Of a DNA stretch of 64,000 nucleotides, positions 55,544-64,000 are shown piece by piece; position 1 is the stretch's first letter; every line of letters starts with the position of its first letter. Below the pieces are notes generated by a model that was not told the DNA's origin, did no database searches, and worked only from the letters and a program-made list of their open reading frames with translations. This stretch comes from Octopus sinensis (lineage: Eukaryota), in the NCBI RefSeq assembly GCF_006345805.1, contig NC_043004.1, forward strand, positions 60,326,001-60,390,000, written 5' to 3'. Position numbers and translations under genes: made by a program.

Positions 55544-55818
55544 GATTAGACTTTGCACCTGTTATATGAACGTTTATGTAAGACTTTTTGATTTGTCAGA
55601 GGCTTTCTTACATTCCCGTTTTCTTTTCCATTTATATATATATATATATATATAAATTAAATAATGAAGGTAGAAATCGATATTAATAAATTAAAACCAG
55701 CCGCTTAGTATATATAAAAAAATAAATTTTTAGTCTTCGGATATATATATATATATATAATATATATATATATATTATATATATATATATATAAATAAAT
55801 ATATATATATATATATAT

Positions 55819-56393
55819 TCAAAATTAGCAACAATAATGACTCCGGTAATTTGGTACGATCGTTTCGTACTACATCATTTTATTAAATGTTATAAGTATT
55901 ACAACAGTTTTAAAATGCTGAGCACTCATCAGCCGATTATAGAGGTTTTCCATTAATACAAAAATTTTCAAATCAAGTGGCAACATTATAGAGAAGGTAG
56001 ATATATAGAGAAAGATGTGGATTTAAATTTTAAGAACGTTTGGGGTAGTGGAGCCCATCAGCTGACTGACTAAGATTCAGTTGATCCAGACAACTGTAAG
56101 ATTCTCTCAGAAACTTAAAGTATTCTGGAACAACAGAATCTTAGTCAGTCAGTTGATGTGCTCCACTACCTCAAATGTTCTTTAAATTTAAATCCACATC
56201 TTTCTCTATATATCTATCTTTTCTATAATGTTGCCACTTGATATGAACATTTTTGTATTAATGGAAAACCTCTATAATCGGCTGAGTGCTCAGCATTTTA
56301 AAACTGTTGTTATACTTATAACATTTAATAAAATGATGTAGTATGAAACGATCGTACCAAATTACCGGAGTCATTCTTGTTGCTTATTTTGAT
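55819..56393. mobile_element. Inverted pair of the 7.5/11.2 kb HHR family (arms 55819-56078 and 56136-56393)
   Basis: About 260-bp arms, 57-bp spacer. Confidence 0.85.
55849..55938 (-). ncRNA. Type I hammerhead ribozyme motif with long helix II
   Basis: CUGAUGA (55926-55932); helix II GUGCU/AGUAC extended by CAUUUUA/UAAAAUG and UGUUGUAA/UUAUAACA; GAAA; palindromic ACGAUCGU; GUA; stem I weak. Confidence 0.7.
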
Positions 56394-56490
56394 TATAATC
56401 ACCCCACGGATTTATATGGATAACACCATACAGAATTCTTGTGCATCTAAATTAAGTACCATATTCATTTGAATCTAAATTTTTGCTGAA

Positions 56491-56581
<91 letters not shown>

Positions 56582-56862
56582 TATAGGTATGTCTATATAC
56601 ATATATATATAAGTGTGTGTGGGTGTAGACGTGTATATTTATATATACTTATGCACACACAGCGACGAACATAAACATACACACACATACACGCAAACTT
56701 ACACATAGATACATATATATGTGCATGTATATGTATATATGTACATATATATATATATATGTATGTATGTATATACATATACACACACAAATATATTTAA
56801 AGGATAAAATCATTAAAAGATTTTTTTCAGTGTACCAATTTAGGGAAATTCATATACAGAGA

Positions 56863-57397
56863 TTTATAATAGTATGAAATTATAATTAAATGCGCAAAGG
56901 CTTATGTGCCTATATACTGAAGATACACCCAAAATCCGTCTAACCACTCCAAATTATCACTTTTGAATTTGCACACGTTGAAAGCAAGGAAGTAGTCTGA
57001 CCGAAATCCATAACATAATTCAAAGTGTTTTGGGGTGACCAATTTCTGGATCAGTATAACTTTTCCTTCATCAGCAAGGCATACTGAGAGACATATATAA
57101 AATATTTACACATACCCACAGAAAAGCACATGTAAAAATGAGATTACGCATAAAGATCGCAAATATATACGCATCGGATTTAATCCACCTCAACACGGAT
57201 GTCTTTGTTCAGAATAGTATGGAAGTGATTAAACTCTCTGAATTATTTTATTAACTTCAGTCAGTCTACTTCCTCGCTTTCAGCATGTGCAAATTATAAA
57301 GAGTGGGTAGATGGATTTAGCATCTATCTTCAGCATATAAGCAGAGAAACCTCTGTGCATTTAATTATAACTGTATTTAATACTATCATAAATTTCA
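56863..57397. repeat. Old inverted repeat (arms about 56863-57030 and 57232-57397)
   Basis: Diverged arms sharing TTATAATTAAATGC, CTGAAGATA and GAAAGC.AGGAAGTAG. Confidence 0.65.
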
Positions 57398-57753
57398 CTC
57401 TCTCTCTCTGTATATATATATATATATATGGGGGGGGGGCTGTTGTGTGTATATGTGTGTGTGCATAGATCCATAAGCATATATTCACATGAACTCATTT
57501 GTGTATATATGGAGGCAATGGGACCAAAGTTTTTAGTGTTATATCTATTACAGACCCAATTTCTAATGAGTCACAGATAAATATATGCCTTACCGACACA
57601 TTGGCAGCGCACACCAGAGTCCCTTTCCCAACACCGCAACGTGTGGCGCCACAAATATCCCTGGCACGTAAGCGAAAACTCTCAAGTTCTCATTATCGCA
57701 CCATCTTTAAACAAATCAGAAGTATGAAGAATAATTTAATGACGAAGATATGC

Positions 57754-57850
<97 letters not shown>

Positions 57851-58089
57851 TATATATATATACATAAATATATCTATTCATACACAGAGACTATACACAC
57901 ACACAAACACACATCCAATCACACACATACACGCACATATATATGTATATATGTATATATGTATATATATGTGTGTGTGTATGTATATATATATATATAT
58001 ATATATAACATGTACATACATAAATATACACACAAATATCTACATATAGATAGATAGCTAGTTATATAGATACATAGGGAGATAGAGAT

Positions 58090-58201
<112 letters not shown>

Positions 58202-58214
58202 ATAGATGAGCTAC

Positions 58215-58680
58215 AACAAACCATCTGTTCAATACCACAGATTTACTTGTCAGTTGCTTCAACTTAACCAGTTGAGTTAGTGGCTGACGATATGTGCATC
58301 TATGATCACGACCAGAAATTGTCGGGGTACAATATAGCCATGTGTTGGGAGGAATTCTTTGGGGTTTGAATAAGTCTCCTCTGGAAACATGGATGTTTCG
58401 TTCAACATACTTAAACAGCCCTTATTGAGGGACATTTGGAGCGGATGGGCTACTTGACCTTTAGAACATTTTAACTTGTCTCCACCTGCAAGGGCAAGCG
58501 CTGTTTACTTTGATATGAGATCACCATGTGGCGCACAAATGGTTGTAATGCATGTGCCTGGTATACCTTAATCAGACGGGTGGCCATTTTGATATATTGG
58601 GATTCGTATATTTTCCCCAATGTCTCTTTAATGGTATGCACTGCTCTCTCACTCAATAATAATAGTAATAATAACAAGAA
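58215..58680 (-). mobile_element. Dispersed repeat (SINE/LINE-derived; partial copy at 41870)
   Basis: Internal homology to 41870-42010; (TTA)n-like end. Confidence 0.6.
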
Positions 58681-58719
58681 CAGATCTCGCTTTTAGATGC
58701 CTCTTTTTTGTTGTATTTC

Positions 58720-59620
58720 AATTACCAGATCTTTATATTTAATTAATTTGTCAAATTCCTTCACACTTATATTCTTATCAGTGGGAACACCTACCTCTAT
58801 TAGTCATTAGGAATTTTCTTCCTCGTCCTTAATGACCTTTTCTGTTCGATTAGCCCGGATCGTTCTATCGGTGTTGAGTAGAATATCCTGGATGATAAAG
58901 ACAATTTTACCTTCAATGACTGGCTCAGGCTGCTGTTCATGCCAGTAAGCAGGAGTGCAGATTTTATAAGGTTAGCATATTTTCCAGTGTGAATAGTCTC
59001 GTACCGATTTTTGCATTCTTTGACATCAGCACAAGACATCTAGAGACGAGATGGTCTATTATTTTGTCAAATATGTAGCAGATTCTGCATTTAGGATCAG
59101 AACCATTTTGAGGAACGTTAATTTGGTAGTTTTTCGGAAGCAAGATTTGATCTTGTGCCGCCAATATGAAACCGACGGTTTCTGCTTTCAGTCATGAACT
59201 TCTCAAACAATGATGGGTTGTTCCTTGGTCTACATCAGCATTTGAACTGTTTCTACTATTGAAGGTGCCCTAGATATGATCAAAATAGGATGTCAGTAAC
59301 ATCTAGATAACATCCCAGGAGAACAATGCGTTAGAGAAATCCCAAAGATTCTGCCTACAATTACTGCACACATCCTTAGAAAACCCCTATCAATTTAATC
59401 GTATGTTTTAAAATTACCTGAAGAAATTTCGCTACTGCCCCTTCTACATCCACTCCCCTCTTATCCTTCACTCGCCCTAGAACGCTGGGTGTCTTTCGGC
59501 AAGTGGTTGTAACCAGATTATTCATCCCTCGTTGTCGATGATGACCAGTACACGAGTAGAAGATTCGTTTCTGTGCGTCTAGCTGGAGCACCAACATTAA
59601 GTGCAAGGCTTAATTGGGAA
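58720..59620 (-). mobile_element. Degraded non-LTR retrotransposon with restriction-like endonuclease (R4/Dong/NeSL-type)
   Basis: AAQDQ..P.NYQ, CRIC....IDHLVSRC zinc knuckle, WHEQQPEPV, NTDRTIRANR, LIEVGVPTDKNI, KYKDL. Confidence 0.8.
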
Positions 59621-59852
59621 CATAGGAAAATAGTGTCCTGTACATTGGAGACTGTTGTTATTAAATATGTAGCCTTACTAATACTTGCAAGTTACATCAA
59701 CCTGCAAAATATAGACTAAGATGAATAGCGAAATGATATACGGTGAATATACCTATTTATGTATATTTAATTATATTTCTCCATCGATCTTTGTAGCTGT
59801 CAAACTCTCTCATATTTTTCCGTATTTCTTTCTCTCTCTTTTCCTCATTTCG

Positions 59853-59901
<49 letters not shown>

Positions 59902-60599
59902 TACATAGAGACATAATCGTGCATATGCACGTACAATGTGTTTATGCACGTACAATGCGTATATTACACACACACATATATATATATACACACACAAATA
60001 TATAATGTTGAATACATCGTTACACATAATCCACTTTATTCATATAGTAGTAATTAATGTTTACGAATGTGTGCAAGCGGACATATGTGCGTATGTGCAT
60101 ATGTAGGTTCTTAGTGACCAAATCTCACAGTAAGACATAAATGAAGTCCCGGTTTATAATGAATCACGTAGCCAATCGTATTCCTCTCCGACATATTGGC
60201 AACATACAACGGGGATTGTTTGGCAACTGAACAAGATGCGTCGCCACATGTATCCGTCACATATTCTAATGTATTCAATTTAGTCTGCTATCTGTCTTTA
60301 TCAGAGTTATGAAATCTGTCTCAGATATGTATTAAAATTAACGAATGTATATACCTACTTATATATGCGTGTGGCTGTGCGTGTATATATATATATATAT
60401 ATATACACGCAGATAAAGGTATCAACACATTGATAATATAACTGTGTTTGTATGTCTTTATACAAACATACATCACGCAGGTACACGTTTATATAGTTGC
60501 ATACATATGTACTGATATATGTGTGTATATATATATATATATATAATATATATATAATATATATATATAATATATATATATACATACATGCATATATAT

Positions 60600-60631
<32 letters not shown>

Positions 60632-60924
60632 CATACATATATATGTATATATATGCATGTATATAAATATATGTGTACATATGTAATTATGATCTCGCTT
60701 AGGAATAATGATAGTAATGTTGAGTTGCCAGAACCCAGGAAACTTATGCATTACCGTAATGCGTCAGAGTGTTTACAAAACGCAACATTAATTAATGAAT
60801 TAAAGACAAAAGGACAGGAATCCCGTTGCCACCCTCATTAGCTCACAGCCATTGCCTTTATATAAAGCTAGACAGTCAGAGGTGAATGCTTGTGTAACAG
60901 CTACTAACTTTGTTTGACCCATTG

Positions 60925-60940
60925 AAATCTATCTATCTAC

Positions 60941-61033
<93 letters not shown>

Positions 61034-61057
61034 AATCTATCTATCTATCTATCTATA

Positions 61058-61089
<32 letters not shown>

Positions 61090-61090
61090 A

Positions 61091-61124
<34 letters not shown>

Positions 61125-61140
61125 ATATCTATCTATCTAT
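60925..61140. repeat. (TCTA)n microsatellite
   Basis: Direct reading. Confidence 0.95.
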
Positions 61141-61141
61141 C

Positions 61142-61223
<82 letters not shown>

Positions 61224-62031
61224 GTGTGTGTGTTGTGTGTGTGTGTGTGTGTGTTTGTATATATATATATATATTTATGTATAGGGTGTCCATAAATACA
61301 CTTTACAATTTCAAAACTGTATTACAAGTGCAATTAAGTAGAAAATCTGTAAGAATTATAACAAAATGTGGCGTATGTATTGTATTTTTTTTTTTTTGCT
61401 TAATTTCGTACATCAAGACATGGGCAAAATTAGCGGTACAAAACACATCTGCGTGTCCTATTTTGTTCCTAGAATCCACGGTCGACATTGCGTCTTTTGT
61501 GGAGGAGTATCAAAACTTTTTAGTGTTTCATTTAGCAAAAGAGAACATTTATGTGAGGAACATGTTCATAATTTTCCATCAACAATACACCTGAAAAATA
61601 TAAATGCAATATGGTTAGAAACGTTGATAACAAGAGATTAAATAGAACATATATGTATGTATATATGTATATATGCCTATGAATTTAAGGGCTCGTTAGA
61701 CACCAACGGATCCGCAAATGTAAAATATAAGTTAGTCCTATAGCGCAAATGTTCCTGAAGGCCTTCGTCGGTCACGAGTTTACGGACATCATACATGAAT
61801 GTATATGTGTATCTATGTATGTATATAGGCCTTGTAAAAAAATCTTGTGAGGAAGTTATACAGTCAGCAGAGAGGGCGCCACTGCATAGTCTCAAACATC
61901 CCAGATTCGGCTTCAAAATGTAAAATCAGATTCTGCAACACCATTAAATTCTCTCATCCAGCAAGTATTACTATCAGAGGAGGTTTAGTAAAAGTGCAGG
62001 AAACCTAACGGCAGTACACCAGCATAGCCAC

Positions 62032-62054
62032 AGTTTTTGAGCTGCTAAAAGAAA

Positions 62055-62094
<40 letters not shown>

Positions 62095-62117
62095 TTTCTT
62101 TTAGCATCTCAAAAACT
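62032..62117. repeat. Short palindrome centred on (TA)n
   Basis: AGTTTTTGAGCTGCTAAAAGAAAGTG ... CACTTTCTTTTAGCATCTCAAAAACT. Confidence 0.8.
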
Positions 62118-62419
62118 TTGTATGTATATATATATATTTTTTGTTTCTGATATAGGTACAAGATCTTTGATTTTGTGGATTACAGTGCTCAAAATTAGTG
62201 AGAGATTAAAATCGAAAATGGTGTATTTTGAGCCCAGGACAACAGACTGGAAGAAATACCACTAGGTATTTGCCCGTCGTGCTAATCATTTTGCAATCTC
62301 AACGGATTATATAAGTAAATTTTTTTGTCTGGGGTGGAGAGGCTTTGTGCAAATAAATGTATCTATTGATGTTCTCATATATATATGTGTGTGTATGCAT
62401 ATATGTATGTATATATATA

Positions 62420-62819
62420 TACTCTTTTACTCTTTTAATTGTTTTACTGCGGCCATGCTGTAGCACCGCCTTTAGTCGATCAAATCGACCCTAAGACTAA
62501 TTCTTTGGAAGCCTAGTACTTATTCTATCGCTCTCTTTTACCGAACTGGTAAGTTAAGGGAACGTAAACACACCAGCATCGGTTGTCAAGCGGTGTTGGT
62601 GAGACAAACACAGACAAATAAACATACACACACATACACATATATATACATATATACGACGTGCGTCTTTCAGTTTCCGTCTACCAAATCCTCTCACAAG
62701 GCTTCGGTCGGCCCGAGGTTATAGTTGAAGACACTTGCCCAAGGTAACACGCAGTGGTACTGAACCCGGAACCATGGGGTTGGTAAGCAAGCTACTTACC
62801 ACACAGCCACTCCTGCGCC

Positions 62820-62820
<1 letters not shown>
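62420..62820 (-). mobile_element. SINE family A, full length
   Basis: Homology to 38624-39062. Confidence 0.9.
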
Positions 62821-62852
<32 letters not shown>

Positions 62853-63590
62853 TATATATATATTATATACACGCATATATGAATACACTTACATAGATAT
62901 ATATCTCAGCTTGTGTGTGTGTATGTGCGTTTGTATGTTAATATACACTATGTATATGCGCGCAATGTCATGCTTTGAGCAAAGTACAAAAATATCCCAT
63001 TAACCAGGATCACGTAAAAGTGTACTATATTTAATATATACAGTTATTTATCTAGTGTACAACTGACGAAATATTGACTGTTCGTGTTTCCTCTTTCACG
63101 TACTATGTTTGATTCCTGATTTGCTTGGCCGAATCAACTTCCGTTTCCGGCAGAAAAGAAAAAAACTTAAACAGATGCATGCGCCTGTGTGTCTGTTAAT
63201 TCCTTCATATATCTATTTCAGTTTTGTCTTACATTTTTGGCTCAGTTATTTTGCTTTCCCTGTATCACCGTTCGCAGTATATATATCTATCGAACCTTCT
63301 CACTATTTGTCTCCATTTTTTTTTTAATTTCTGGCTCTTTTATATAATTGTCTGGAACCGTATGTTTCTCTCTCAGTCTGTATTTCCTGCTGAAGCTCTT
63401 TTTCTATATTCAGCTATAAACACTAATCTTTTTAAATCTGAAACTTCATTCATCCATTTCTAAATTATGAACATGTTTCTCACATAAATGTTCTCTTTTC
63501 TTAATTCTTTATATTTTGTAATATATCAGTGAATAATACTTTTCTTTCATCATTTCCTTTTTTTATTTACATCCATAACATGAAACAGTA

Positions 63591-63630
<40 letters not shown>

Positions 63631-64000
63631 GTGTATTATGTGTGTGTATGATAGAGGTGTACATAGGTCTATGAAGTATATCAATTAAAAGACTTGCGTT
63701 TACGCGAATAGCTTATAACTTCTTTTATTTTCTACTAGTTAAACCTTCAAATCATTGTAAGATACAAATAAGATGATAATTTATTTTCGATCGTAGAGAA
63801 CAGCCGAAATAGTGGGTAAATTACACTTACAAAGCGGGAAAAAATTGTCGACAAACCGTCATGAGACTGACTCGAACCTATATCGCTTGAATCCTCCGGC
63901 CAAGTGCTGCAAATTAATCCGCAATTTCAGACGCTATTAAGCTAAATGTACAATTCCGTGTATATATAATTATATTTATATGCACGTAGTTGTATATTTG

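Noticed and set aside
57030-57080. Minus-strand CUGAUGAAGG...GAAA
   Set aside because: No helix III or stem I pairing
60787-60885. Homeobox-like TAAT cluster and TATATAAA as a promoter
   Set aside because: Such motifs are expected by chance in DNA this AT-rich; no downstream exon is supported
63855-63930. tRNA-like sequence on the minus strand
   Set aside because: Only a B-box-like GGTTCGAGTC; no cloverleaf, so probably a decayed SINE head. SINE heads elsewhere were likewise not called as tRNA genes

Overview
This is non-coding-looking, very AT-rich animal DNA dominated by (TA)n, (CA)n, (TCTA)n/(GATA)n microsatellites and dispersed repeats. The SINE and repeat types resemble those I recall from octopus genomes; this is an inference, not checked. 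I found no confidently supported host gene exon. Most ORFs in the supplied track are microsatellite translations (IYIY, LSIY, CVCV). Real coding relics are all transposon-derived and broken: Tc1 (x3), mariner (x2), CR1-like LINE, an RLE-type LINE, and several Penelope-like element (PLE) RT/GIY-YIG fragments. The most striking signal is RNA-level. At least 12 intact or near-intact type I hammerhead ribozyme (HHR) motifs from several unrelated repeat families occur in 64 kb, plus several decayed ones, nearly all with a palindromic helix III. They sit in divergent inverted pairs or in 1.2-1.3-mer partial tandems next to (TA)n tracts. Three show unusual cores: a swapped G3-C8 pair, an A3-U8 pair, and A6U. 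Folds were made by eye and none has been tested for cleavage. Coordinates of degraded relics are approximate.
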